NCBI RefSeq assembly: GCF_009914755.1
Contig: NC_060929.1
Origin: the human T2T-CHM13v2.0 reference genome, Homo sapiens
Reading direction: 5' to 3' (one strand)
Length of the DNA: 64,000 bases
How positions within the stretch are numbered: position 1 is the stretch's first letter; the number at the start of each line of letters is the position of its first letter. Below, piece by piece: positions 39,839 to 53,133 of this stretch. Both the position numbers and the translations under genes were made by a program. The notes under the pieces are model-generated. The model did not search any database and had not been told where the DNA came from. It saw nothing but the letters and a program-made list of their open reading frames with translations.

Positions 39839-42270
39839 TAATACGGTTTGGATATTTGTCCCCTCCAAATCTTATGTTGACATGTGACCCCCATTGTTGG
39901 AGGTAGAGCTTGATGGGAGGTATTGGGCCATGAGGGCAGATCCCTCATGAATGGCTTGGTGTCCTCCCAGTGATAATGAGTAGTTATGAGTTCACACAAG
40001 AGCTGGTTGTTTAAAAGAAACTGGCACTTCCTCCTCTCTCTCTTGCTCCCTCTCACCATGTGACACACCTACTTCCCCTATACCTTCTGCCATGAGTGGG
40101 AGCTTTCTAAGGTCCTTGCCTAAAGCAGATACTGGCAGCATGTTTCTTGTACGATCTGCAGGACCATGAGCCAAATAAACCTCTTTTCAATTACTCAGTC
40201 TCAGATATTCCTTTATAGCAACACAAAATGGACTAATACAGAAAATTGGTACTGAGGAGTGAGGAGTTGCTATAAAGATACATGAAAATGTGGAAGTGGC
40301 TTTGGAACTGGGTAATGGGCAGAGGTTGGAGGAGTTTGGTGGGCTCAGAAGACAGAAAAACAAGGGAGAGATTGGAACGTCTTAGAAAGTTTTTAAGTGG
40401 TTTTGACCAAAATGCTAATAGAAACATGGATGGTGAAGACCAAGTGGAGGAGGTATCAGATGAAAATGAGGAACTTACTGGGAACTAAAACAAAGGTCAC
40501 CCTTGTTATGCCCTAGCAAAGAACTTGGCTGTATTTTATCCATGTCCTAGGGCTCTGTGGAGGGCTAGTGATGATGTGGAGGGCTAGATATGAGTGATGA
40601 TTTAGGGTATCTGGTGGAAGAAATCGCTAGGCAGCAAAATATTCAAGAGGTGGCCTGGCTGCTTTTAACAACCTATGATCAGATGTGGGCAAAGGAATGA
40701 CTTGAAGTTAGAACTTATAATTAAAAGAGAAGCAGAGGGTAAAAATCGGCAGCTCTCCCTGTGGTAGAGAAATAAAAACTTTGGATTATTTTCAAGAGAA
40801 TAATCCAAATGGGTTGTGGGGAAAGCACAAAAGCAAGCCAAGTGCTAATATCCAAGACAATGTTTGGAAAAGGGCCTTGAAGTCATTTCAGAAATCTTTG
40901 AGGTAGCCCATCTGATCACAGGCCCAGAGGCATAGGTGGAAAGAACGGTTTCTGGGGCCAGACCTGAGGTCCTGCTGCCCTGCCCAGCCTCTGGACACTG
41001 CTCTCCATTTCCAGGCTGCTCCAGCTCCAACAGCAGCTCAAAGGGCTCCAGGTATAGCTCAGGCTGCTGCTCCAGAGGGCACAAGCCGTAAGCTTTGGCA
41101 ACTTCCACATGGTGTTAAGCCTACAGGTATGCAGAATTCAAGAGTGAAGGAGGCTTGGCAGCTTCCACCCAGATTTCAGAGCATGTATGGGAAAGCCTGG
41201 GTGCCTAGGTAGAAGCCTGCTTCAGGGAAGAAGCCCTCACAGAGAGCCTCTACTAGGGCAGTGCTGAGGGGGAAATGTGAGGTTGGAGCCTCCACACAGA
41301 GTTCCCACTGGCACACTGCCTAGTGGAGCTATGGGAACAGGGCCACCACTCTCCAGTCCCCAGAATAGTAGAGCCACCTGCAGCTTGCAGCCTGAGACTG
41401 AAAAAGCTGCAGACACTCAACTCTAACCTGTGAGAGCAACCAAGGGTGCTGCACCTTGCAAAGCCACAGGGGCAGGGCTGTGCAAGGCTTTGGGGTCCCA
41501 CTCCTTCCACCAGTGTGCCCACAATGTAGGACAGGGGGTCAAGTATTATATTGGAGCTTTAAGTTTTAGTGTCTGCCCTGCTGGGTTTCAGACTTGCATG
41601 AGGCCTGTTGCTCCTTTCTTTTGGCTGATTTCTCTGTTTTGGACTAAGAATGTTTACCTAATGCATATACCACCATTATATTTGGAAGTAAATAGCTTGT
41701 TTTGGATTTTTACAGGGAAAGAAATTACCTTGAGTCTTAAATGAAAAATTGGACTTTTGAGTTAATGCTGGAATGAGTTAAAATTTTGGAGGACTCTTGG
41801 GAAGGGATGGCTGTAGTTTGCAATGTGAGAAGGACATGAGATTTGGGAGGCCAGGGGCAGAATGATATGGTTTGGATATTTGTCACCTCTAAATCTCAGG
41901 TTGAAATGTGACCCCCAATGTTGGAGGTGGGGCCTAGTGGGAGGTGTTGGGTCATGGGGGCAGATCTCTCATGAATTGCTTTGTGCCGTCCCCAGAGTAA
42001 TGAGTGGTAATGAGTTTACACGAGAGCTGGTTGTTTAAAGAAGCCTGGCATCTTCTCCACTCTCTCCCACTCCCTCTTGCTGTGTGACCCACCTGCTCCC
42101 TCTTTGCTTTCTGTCATGAATGGAAGCTTCATGAGGTCCTCACCTAAAGCAGATGCTAGCACCATGCTTCTTGTGTAGTCTGCAGAATCATGAGCCATGT
42201 AAATCTTTTTTCTTTAAAAGTTACCCAGTCTCTGATATTCTTTTATAGCAATGCAAAATGAATGAATACA
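39839..42270 (+). mobile_element. Two-LTR MaLR element: MSTB LTR (39839-40240), MST-int (40241-41862), MSTB LTR (41863-42270)
   Basis: Two homologous LTRs (ggtttggatatttgtc...aataca); internal region begins gaaaattggtactgaggagt and ends in a polypurine tract gggaggccaggggcagaa. Confidence 0.92.
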
Positions 42271-42536
42271 GGGGAGGAACAGAGAGTCTTCTTCTTTTTT
42301 CTGGGTTCTGTTTCTAAACATTTTTAAAAGTGTACATTATGGTTGTCTCCTCAACATTTATTCTTCCTTTTTTTTGGGGAACTGCCTTAGTTTTCACTCT
42401 GATATCTACAGCTAGCCAAGCAGCCCTTGGAAATGAACAAATGACTACAGCTTAAATTTTTCATAATCCTATTCCCCAGGTGCAGGTGTTGGTTCAGAGA
42501 CAAATGGGGCTACTAGGTAGAACCAATGAAACAGGG

Positions 42537-42954
42537 TGTATTACTCTATTCTCACATTGCTATAAAGAAATATCTGGGACTGGGTAGTTTATTTTTAAAA
42601 AGTTTAATTGTCTCATTGTTCTGCAAGCTGTGCAAGCATGATGCCAACATTGCTCGGTTTCTGGGAAGGCCTTAGGGAGGTTTTACTCATGGCGGAGGGT
42701 GAATCAGGAGTAGGCATGTCACACAGCAAAAGCAGGAGCAAGAGAGAGCAAGGGAGGAGGTGCCACACACTTTTAAACGACGAGATCTCATGAGAACTCA
42801 CTACAGTGAAGACAGTACCAAGAGGCATGGTGCTATACCATTCATGAGGGACCACCCCCATGATCCAGTCACCTCCCACCAGGCCCCATCTCTGACAGTG
42901 GGGATTATATTTCAATATGAGATATGGGTGGGGACATACACCCAAACTATATTA
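42537..42954 (-). mobile_element. MSTA/B solo LTR
   Basis: tgtattactctattctcacattgctataaagaaata...cccaaactatatta; perfect 5-bp TSD caggg at 42532-42536 and 42955-42959. Confidence 0.9.
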
Positions 42955-43050
42955 CAGGGTAAGATTATTGTTGGGGGATTCAAAGGAAGAGAATTCCTTT
43001 GTCTTCTAGGGCAGCCTCTGGAAAGGATCCCCCACTCCAGATGGGGATGA

Positions 43051-43917
43051 TGTATTGGGCTCAGTTTTGTTTTTTGTTTTTTTGTTTGTTTGTTTGTTTT
43101 TGAGACGGAGTCTCACTCTGTTGCCCAGGCTGGAGTGAAGTGGCGTGATCTCGGCTCACTGCAACCTCCACCTCCCGGGTTGAAGTGATTCTCCTGCCTC
43201 AGCCTTCTGAGTAGCTGGGATTACAGGCGCCTGCCTCCATGCCCAGCTAATTTTTGTGTTTTCTGTAGAGATGGGGTTTCACCATGTTGGCCAGGATGGT
43301 CTCGAACTCCTGACCTCAGGTGATCTACTCGCCTTGGCTTCAGAAAGTGCTGGGATTACAGGCGTGAGCCACCACGCCCGGCCTGGGCTCAGTTTATATG
43401 CCATCCCAGATCTATGCACTTGCCTTGCTCATAGCCTAATAAGGCCCCAACAACAGTCTTGCTATACCCAAGATTATAGGATCCCAGTCACTGTTGCTGC
43501 CGCTGCAATTGGCAGAGATGGAGAAGTTGGCAGAGAGATTGCTGCACTTCTGTGCTGGCCTCTCTGCTCCTGTAGGGGGGCTCTGGCTTTCCCAAAAGCT
43601 GCCTGGAGAAACCTGGGGATATAACCAGGAAGTCGGTAGGAATTAGGTTCCATGGGGATGACTGTAATTAGTGGAAAACCAGGGCCAGGAAGTTTCTGGT
43701 GGATAAATTCTTTTCCATTTCTGCACCCAAACAGATGGTCCTGGGATACAATAGCTTGTGCACCCTTTCTGCAGGCCCCCTGTTTTATTTGCTTTCTCTC
43801 CTTTTCTACCTCCTTCTCCTTTCCCCTTATCCTGTGTCTTTGAATCACACTCCAGTCCCTAATAAAGTGTGAACACATCAGTTTTTGCCTCAGTCTCTGA
43901 GAACTCAGGCCAACACA
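43051..43917 (+). mobile_element. ERVL solo LTR (LTR41-like), interrupted by an Alu
   Basis: TG...CA termini, aataaa at 43861; flanks gatga / gacaa are consistent with a CpG-decayed GACGA TSD. Confidence 0.6.
43068..43383 (-). mobile_element. AluSx-like
   Basis: Full dimer with (TTTG)n tail; TSD tgggctcagttt at 43056-43067 and 43384-43395. Confidence 0.95.
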
Positions 43918-43922
43918 GACAA

Positions 43923-44320
43923 GGAGGCTTTAACCTCACAAACTGTTGGTAACTCTCTTGTGACCATGGGAATGTGGAACATAGTGTAAGGATGAAGCAG
44001 GTATTGTGAAAGCCAAATAGACAGCCGAAGGACACTTGATCACATCACTGACCTGCTCAATCAAAGCAACCTAGGAGCCCTTCCTACCTCTGGTCTTCCA
44101 GCCAGGAAGAAGTCCATTATAGCTATTTTTCAGTGATTGGCCACTAAATACATTATAACTGATATCCTTCTCTAGGCTCACCTATGTTTGCACATTCTGG
44201 GAGACTCACCTCCTTCCCCCACCAATCCCCATCACAGCCTTATAATAAATTCTCTTTTTGATCTTAAGTTAACATAAGTTGGTTTCTGGTACCTGCCATC
44301 AATCTAATCCTAACCAATAC
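43923..44320 (+). mobile_element. 3' portions of old MLT1J/K-like LTRs
   Basis: aggatgaagc...cctacctctggtctt...aactgata, and aaattctctttttg...gttggtttctg...cctaaccaatac. Confidence 0.5.
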
Positions 44321-46214
44321 GTATACCTTCTCTGCTTTTTGGTACTAATGAAACGCCTTTAGGGCCCTTTGTTGGAGTTCTTTCCTTTTCACCATTTAAA
44401 AAACCAAAATCAGTTAAAATGTATGGAGTGTATCTATAGCCATGTATAAAACACAGGTTATTCCTATTTTAACTTTAAAAACAAACACATACAATGTTCT
44501 TTAACAATTCTTGAAGTTCTCTCGAATAAAAACTAAACAACAATGCCCCCAAATAAGAATAGTTTAAGGATTAATCTCTAGCAAGCCAGCTTTCCCCCAG
44601 ATGATAGATTTGTTAGTTAATCATTCTGAAGCCAGGATTAGAGCACAGTCAACAGTTTAATAAACCATTCATTTCCTACAGTACTGAGTAGTTTCGTGGG
44701 CTTTTTGTCTTATGCCATAAACAAGACTATAAATTGTATTAGTAATTGTTTTTGAAAAGGATGTCAAGACTTCCGTTCTAAGATGCTGATTTGAGCCTTC
44801 ATATTTAACTGTTCCCTTTCTTCCCAAGTTCCTATGGAAAAGGCCAAAAACATATTTTAGAATATAGTTAAAAAATTATTCTGAAAAACAGTGAAGAGTG
44901 CTATCAATAGGCCAGTAACTGGAAGGAGTTTGGCAAAACAGCATACATAGGAGCAGACAGATGGAAGAACCGACTATCCCAAGATTTAGCTAGAATAGTG
45001 CAAGGAAAATCCTACCCGAACTTGAGCAGGAGTGTCTAGCAGAATCTTGAGATCTCTTAGAACAAGGGGAAAGGCTGGAGGTAATGGGATATCTGGGGCT
45101 GCAATGCAGGATGTTCCCTGAAGCAGTCTTCCCTTGGAAGCCACTCTGTTCCTCAGAGGAGATTGAGGCCCAGGTAACTTCAAGTCACCACAGTAAATGC
45201 AGGAAAAATTAAAACGTAAAAATAAAACAGGAAAAAGAAGAAACGAACAAGGGCCTGCAGAGAACCTGGCCTTCTCCAATTGCATTCACTTCCTGTGGTC
45301 ATTGTTGGAAACAAGAAAACACTTTCTAATCATTTGCCAGGGTTTGCTGAGCAATTTTCTTCAATCAGGAAGCAGTTTGAGCTTTGCTGATTATATGAAA
45401 AAGGTGAAACCATACTAGACCTGCAGCTCTCAGGAACAGAGAGGGCCCTTTTGCCATCCAAAGGTTAAAGTAATAGGATCCCAGGAATTGATTGAAGTTT
45501 ATTGATTTTCAATTGATGAAACATTGACAACTGCATTGGGTGGTGAAATTACACCTTTTAGCTCAGAGAATATTGTTTCTCATCCCAGATTCATTGTCGA
45601 GGTTGACAAGTAAATGGGTTTCTGGTAAACATTTATTCTGTTTTTCAATCTGGACACTAAATTGGTATGTAGCAATAATGTGAGGGTAATTATAGGAGTC
45701 TGAAGGATCTGAAGTCTTGAAAAAGTCTAAATGTTTTAGAAATCAGGCTGTTTCTTTTACTTTTGAATTGGCCTTAGACTGTTCAAGAGGATAATGCATA
45801 CCAAAGGACTGGATTCAACTCAATTCAAAAAGTATGCATGTGGGTTTTCTGTGAGACAGGGTACCGTGCTTAAGTTCACTCTGGTAAAGTCATCTTTCTC
45901 ATTATCTCCCTTATCCTCCTGTTTAAATACCTTTTCATTAATTCTACAAAATCCACCAGAGAGTTCGCTGCTCCCAGGGGGCCAGCCTTTCTCACTTCAG
46001 TTGAAAACAGCTCTTCACAACAGATGATTAAGTTTTATTCCCCCATGCTGTTGGAGTGGGGGTGAGGAGATAAGGAACTATTCTTCTGAACTGATTTCTT
46101 AGCATCCTACACTGTCTTCCTCCTTCATATTCATGAGTCACCCCATCCCGTCTCTCCTCAAGAATGTTCTGTAGCGAAAGTCTAATTAGAATGTACCATA
46201 CAAAGAAGAGCGAG

Positions 46215-46560
46215 CCTTCGACCTCTGAGGCTCAGTGTCCTTATCTGTAGAATGGGGTTAATAATTCATCCCTAATGGGGTTATGTGAAAAACTAATAAG
46301 ATAATGAATATCAAAACATGTTTTAAAGCTAGCGTACTGTAGAGGATTCAGAGACAAAATGAAATCACAAGAGACCTCAGACTGGGAATCTGGCAGCCCC
46401 ATCTACGGTGTGACCCTAGGCAGATTACTTAACTGCTATCTTTGTCAGCCACCCTATCTGTAAGTGGGGATATAAGAGTGCCCATCCATTTCATACAATT
46501 TCTGTGAAAATTAATGAGTTACTGTGTGTTAAGTTCTTACTATAAGTTAGTATAAAATAA
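46215..46560 (+). mobile_element. Two tandem MIR remnants
   Basis: ctcagtgtccttatctgtagaatgggg; tgtgaccctaggcagattacttaac...atctgtaagtggggata. Confidence 0.75.
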
Positions 46561-47864
46561 AAGACATTGTTATCATTTCAGCATAATTTTGTCATACACA
46601 AGAGGTTTTCTATGTCCTCTACAAAGTGATAATGTTTAATGTCAGCAATGGCCTATTTGGAGGGGGTTAGTATGTGGGAGGAAATGCAGGTCAGATACAG
46701 AATCTAGTCTCTGTATTCAGAACAGCTTTCCAGTGCCATCAGCTGCTGTTGCGCATTTGAGCCCCGCCACCTTCACATCCCTCTGCTGTGGTCACCAGCC
46801 TCGTCACCTCCCCCAGCTTTCTGAGAAGACTCCTCGGGCCCTTGCCAGGCTCTGCCACCAGGGTCATCCTACCTCCTTCCTCTCATCCAGAGCTTCTGGC
46901 TCTCTGTGCTACTGACTGTCCTTCACTTTGCAAATGAAGCCCAGCTCCTTGAATTCTCACCCCAGGGAATCGTGACAACTAACACCTCACTTGCCAACAT
47001 ATTGTCCAGAGTGTGTTCTGCACTGGGGAAAATAACAACAGATTGGGTTTCTTCCTCTTTTGGAACTGTGCTGGGGCATCACCCCAGCATGGGGGGTGTA
47101 ATCCCTGCACACCCAGATTCTCCGATAGTGACAGCAGAAAGAGCTGTGTGGTGGCGAATGACACAGGCATTAGAGGCCAAAATACCCGGCGACTTCACCT
47201 TGCAGGGCCTTGGCTTCTTCCTATGAAAATGAGCATGATGATAGACAGGATGATGCAGTTATTCTCTTTAAAGAGAAACTGCGGTGATGTAGGTTGGCAC
47301 AACACCTGGCTCAGGGCAAGCATTTATAAGCGGCAGCCTTGACTTATAGCAAGGTGGGTTCCTGTGACTTTCAGAGGCAGGGGCCACTCACCCAGTGCAC
47401 GTACCCTAGAGATTCCTGTTTCCCTCTCAATGAACCTCCTAGAGAAACAAAGGTGGGACTGGGGATTGACAGGCACCCTCAGAAAGGGTGCCCCACACTT
47501 CAATTTACCTACCCTTTCTACAATTTTTCACCAAGTCAGGGCTCAATCAGAAGACATACCTGGCCTGTAGCTTAGGAGGAAACATAGCCCTGCCCTGCCC
47601 CAAGCTCCTACAGACCACTTGGCTTTCCAAGGCCAAATAACTGCGGAAAAGAGATAATGATGTCCTCAAGCCTTTCGAGCAAGATTTTCCAGCTGAATCC
47701 GTTGTACATAAAGACTTGCCTGAAAGTGAGAAAGGCTAATTTGACTGTCTGGGAGAGTAGAAATAGCACCTCTGGCAGTTTGGGGTCTGTGGCTTTTGCT
47801 TAACTATTTTTTTAAAGGATGTTTTAAAACTCAGATAATATCCTTCAGCATTTATTTCTACTTA

Positions 47865-48178
47865 CAGTAGTCCCCCGCTTATCCCAAGACCCCCAGTGAG
47901 CAGACGCCTGAAACCATAGATAGCACTGAACCAAATATATATCATGTTTTTTCCTACATATTTATACCTGTGATAAAGTTTAATTTATAAATTAGGCACA
48001 GTAAGAGATTAACAACAATAATTAATAATAAAATAGAATAATTCTTAAAATATACTGTAATAAAAGTTATGTGAATGTAGTTTTCTTTTCCCGGTCAAAA
48101 TATCTTATTGTACTCTACTATGGGTAACTGAAATCAAGGAGAGTGAAACCATGCATGAGGGGCTGGGGAGAGCTACTG
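47865..48178. mobile_element. MER44 (Tigger7-derived TcMar MITE)
   Basis: Inverted termini cagtagtccccc / ggggagagctactg flanked by TA on both sides; gataaagtttaatttataaattaggcacagtaagagattaac. Confidence 0.85.
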
Positions 48179-48334
48179 TAATCGTCAAGTGTAAGCTCCA
48201 CAGTCAAGTGGCTGCTTAAGGAATCTGTATAACTGGATTCTAGAACATTGTGGATCCCGTAGGGTCAGAATGCAAAAACTAGTTTGGTCCTTACTTTCTT
48301 GATTCCTTGAGGACTTTACAACCATAACCCCAGT

Positions 48335-48817
<483 letters not shown>

Positions 48818-51498
48818 GCCCCAGTATCTGGCCTGGTGTCTATTGTATAGTAGATGTTTGTTATTGGAAGAACATTAATTATTAATGTATAATATACTCT
48901 CTAACTCTTCATTAGTGGTACATTCAAGCCATGGTCCATAAAGCATTTCTAATCCTCCTATGTGAGACAACCTGCACCAAAGGCAACATTAAGCCTAAAA
49001 ATTACTTTACACTTAGAAACCCAAATTGATCCATTAAATAACTACAATCATCAGATTTCCCCCCAAATAGGAGCAATTTACAAATCTTCCTTTTGCCTGA
49101 TAGTGACAGCTTCTGCTATCGAACATCTCAGGGGAATAACAGGTCAGAAGTGTTGAGTACAGAAAGCTGTGAAGGCAATTGGCTAAGGTACTGAGGCAAT
49201 GCTATTAAATCCTGAGAAACAGATATTTAGATCTCATTCAAATGAGGTTCTCAGGGGAAAGATCCCTTTATATAACAATTGATTTTTTCTAAACTGAATT
49301 ATCAGTTGCAGGATATTTACTCCGGTTTGTTATTTGGGGACTTGGGGACGCGTTTGAACTACACTTAAGGAGAGAGAGCTGAAAAAGCAGGGCAGCAGGC
49401 AGAATGGTAATCAGAGGTTGATGATAAAGTCATTAAAAGAAATAAAGCAGAATCCAGCTAAAAAACAACAGAAAAACCTGAGAAGTAAATGAGATTGGAG
49501 AAGATGTAATGAATTGAACCTCATCTTCCATTCAAAAGGATTCAATTAGCAAGGACACGACCAGTGTATGTTAAATAAAATATTCTTGTTTGAAAACAAG
49601 ATGGTGATGGTGGAAGGTGACTGTAATATTCTACAACAAAGGATAAAAGTAAAAGATGTTACATTCCTTCTAAGTGTGTTTTCTTGCATCTACCTACGGA
49701 CCATTATCATTGACATTTTCCAGTCTTCTCTCTCTCACATCCAGGCAGCAACTGGAAGGTTTCAGAGAAAAGGAAGACAAAGGCTAACCAGCAACAGCAA
49801 CTGTAGGGACTGCAGCATAAATACGACAAGGAAGAGAGGAGCCAAATAGGAAAGGAAATGAGGGTCTAGATTGTAATAACTAATTCAAGAATTATTTTGG
49901 ATTAAAGTGTGTCCTGTGCTCATGACACTTGTGTGAAGGACTGCAGGCAGGGGAATATTTGACTGTGCTACACCGGAAACATAAAGTCAGTAACTCCTGA
50001 AGGAGTCTTTTTCAGAATGGATTTAACTTGGAGGCTTGTTCCCTCCAGCCAAAAGCCAAAGCACAGGATATAATTCCTCTCAGCTAGAGCACGTGCACAA
50101 CTAAAAGAAAAAAATAACAGAGTTATTATCTACAGCAAAATACTACATTTTGTGGAGCTTGAATGATTGCAGATGGAAAGACTGCAATTGGTGTTACAGT
50201 CTTAGAACAAGGAAACTCTGTGTGACCATTAAGAATAAAAATAGGATAGGAAAGAAGAAAGTCAGACAATGAGAAGGGTAAAACAAAAGAAAGCAGGCCG
50301 GATGAGGGCCGAGACAGCTGTTGAAGCCAAGCTTGCTTGGAGTTTTCACCAATTCAGTGGGTGAAGGAAGAGTTTTAAGGTTTAAAGTCAAAACCACATT
50401 ATTTTATTGGAGTTTGTTGGTGATACTCAGGTTAACAGTTGAACACACTGCATGTGGTTCTCATTTCTGCATAGAAAATAACATAAAGCTTAATATTAGA
50501 CATTCGTGTCCTAAAGTTCCTTTGGCCCCTCTCACCATAGGGAAATTCGCACTGGCCGGCTTTGTCCCTGGACCTCACCTGCTCCCCTACCTGCCCAAAC
50601 GCACTCCACTCTTCTTGTGCTCATACCTCCTCCTACTCCTACTAGGGAGCTGCCAAGGCCCACCCCAAAATCCATTTGCTTTTTAAAGCAGTGGGATAGA
50701 ACTCCTCTTTGTCCAAATGTCTTCTATCTAGCTTATGCCCAGGAGCAAGACCACAACTTTCAAAGTGAAACAAGCCCTTTAGGGTGTTTTGCTAAACAAA
50801 CAGTGAAGCCTCACCCTAAAACTGTTGCCCTGGCCTAACAGTTCAAATACCAGGTGGCTCTTTAAAATGATATTTTTCTACTTTACGAATTGTTGTATCC
50901 CTGAATATTCTTCTAAAATCATATTTTAAATGGTAGCATGTAATTCAGTCCCATGGATGTGACACTTTTACAATGCAGTGCCCTATTGTTGGAGGTTTAA
51001 AATTAATTATTATTGCCAATATTTTGCTATTATAAACAGGGCTAAGATATATTTATATTTATATATTTTAATACATATGTGATTTATTTTCTTCTAAATA
51101 CACTGAAGTCAAATTATTATATAAAAATTACAAATTTAAGGCAAAATTCTGCAACTTTTTGTGTGTATTTTTAATGACAAGCAGAAAGCTTTGCAAATGT
51201 ACAAAATGCCTTAGCTACTTTGGGTAGCGTAGTTCTTATTTTTTCAGTGATAAAGTTAAAAATATATAGTATTAGAATTATTAGAGACTGTCATAAAAAT
51301 AAGTAAATTATCTGATACTTTAATGGTCATAAATAATATCATAATATCAACCGCTGAAAGGTGAAGAAAGAAACATTAAAACTCAACAAAAGAAATTTCC
51401 ATAGGCTTTCATCAGTGAATCATTCCAAATTCATACCTTGCTCTTGATGTCTGTGACTGAGTATTCAGCCTCAGGGTAACTGTGATTTGATACATTTT

Positions 51499-51706
51499 TT
51501 TTTTAATATACTTTAAGTTCTGGGGTACATGTGCAGAACGTGCAGGTTTGTTACATAGGTATACACGTGCCATGGTGGTTTGCTGTACCCATCAACCCAT
51601 CATCTACATTAGATATTTCTCCTAATGCTATCCCTCCCCTAGGCCCCCACCCCCTGACAGGCCCTGGTGTGTGATGTTCCCCTCCCTGTGTCCACGTGTT
51701 CTCATT
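51499..51706 (-). mobile_element. Severely 5'-truncated L1PA (L1PA5-7-like) 3' end
   Basis: tactttaagttctggggtacatgtgcagaacgtgcagg...gtgtgatgttcccctccctgtgtcc; TSD tgtgatttgatacatttt (51481-51498) / tgtgatttgacacatttt (51706-51723). Confidence 0.93.
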
Positions 51707-53087
51707 GTGATTTGACACATTTTATAGGTCCAGGTAGAAGGGTCCAAAAACAAAGAAACAAAGGTACTGAAAGGGTTTTTATATCAAAAAAGCTCCAGTT
51801 GAGCTGATGGTCTCATTCATTTGCACCAACGCAAGAGGATTATTTTGAAGAACTATGAGTTAACATTGACAACATGTAATGACACATATGTTTAAAAGGC
51901 ATACCCACTACTCCCCTGCACCCACGTTTTATTCTAGTCAGGCTGGTCAGGTCATGTTTACCAAATGTTTTGAGTTTTTTCAATTTCACAAAAAAATGTA
52001 TTAATACTTTCCTTTAAAGATATTAAATGTTACAGATAGGAGACTTTCACTTCCAGCTATGATAAAATAACAAGTATCGATTAACTCTACCTTGAAAATA
52101 TATAAACCTAGATAAAATTTAAAACCACAAAGGGAAGCTGTTTGAAGGAATCAGGAAGCAACCAAGGCAGCTAGAACTTCGAAGACCAAAGTCCTGGATA
52201 AAAAGGAAATGCACTGACATGAATCAATGAGCTTCATTCACTGAAGCTTTATTTCCCTCCAGATACTTGCTGAAGAGCAAGTACTATAACCCAAAGATTG
52301 CTACAGTCTTCACTTGCTGGAGAGGTAAAAATTTGGAATTCAGAGCTACCAACAGCATATGTGCCAAGATCCCAGAGAAAAGGCACACAGAACTGAGCCC
52401 AATATTTTCACTTGGTGTCCTTTTGAAACATTTACTGATTATGAAGATGTACTAGGTACATCTTCAGGGCAAGAGCAGAGAAACCAAAGAGAAAGCAGCC
52501 TCTAAGAGACTAAAAAGCTAAGCAGAAGTTTTGAAAGTATCACAGTAGAGGAGAGAGGAAAACTTGTTCAGAGCTTGCTGAGGAGAAATGGTCCCAGTAA
52601 AAACCACACATTTTCCATTATAGTCGTTAAAGAGCTTTGCCCAAGAGGAACACAAACTAAGTTAGCCAGGCTTCACTAAGCCTGAGAGGGGGCCTTGACT
52701 GGATCAGCGTGATCTTTCTGGGATATCTCTGGCTGCCCGAAGAGAAAGAAATTCTTTCTGGAGGAAGATAGCATCATCCAGACTCCCTGCAATTTATATA
52801 TATATAATTTCCAGAATGTAGTAAAATAGACATACCAATGAAAAAATCATAAGATATGCAAAAAAGGAAGAAGACACTGAAAGAAAAATATACAGTAGAC
52901 ACAGACTCTCTGTTGATACAGCTCTTGAAGTTATCAGACACAGACATTAACATAACTATAATACAATCAAAAATATTGATGAAAAGAGAACTAGAATTTA
53001 CAAAGAAAATCACTGCTGTGCATATTGTAATATGACTATAAGAGGTGGGGAGAAATAGAGACAGGGAAAAATAGACATACACACACC

Positions 53088-53090
<3 letters not shown>

Positions 53091-53130
<40 letters not shown>
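53091..53130. repeat. (AG)20 microsatellite
   Basis: Read directly from sequence. Confidence 0.97.
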
Positions 53131-53133
<3 letters not shown>

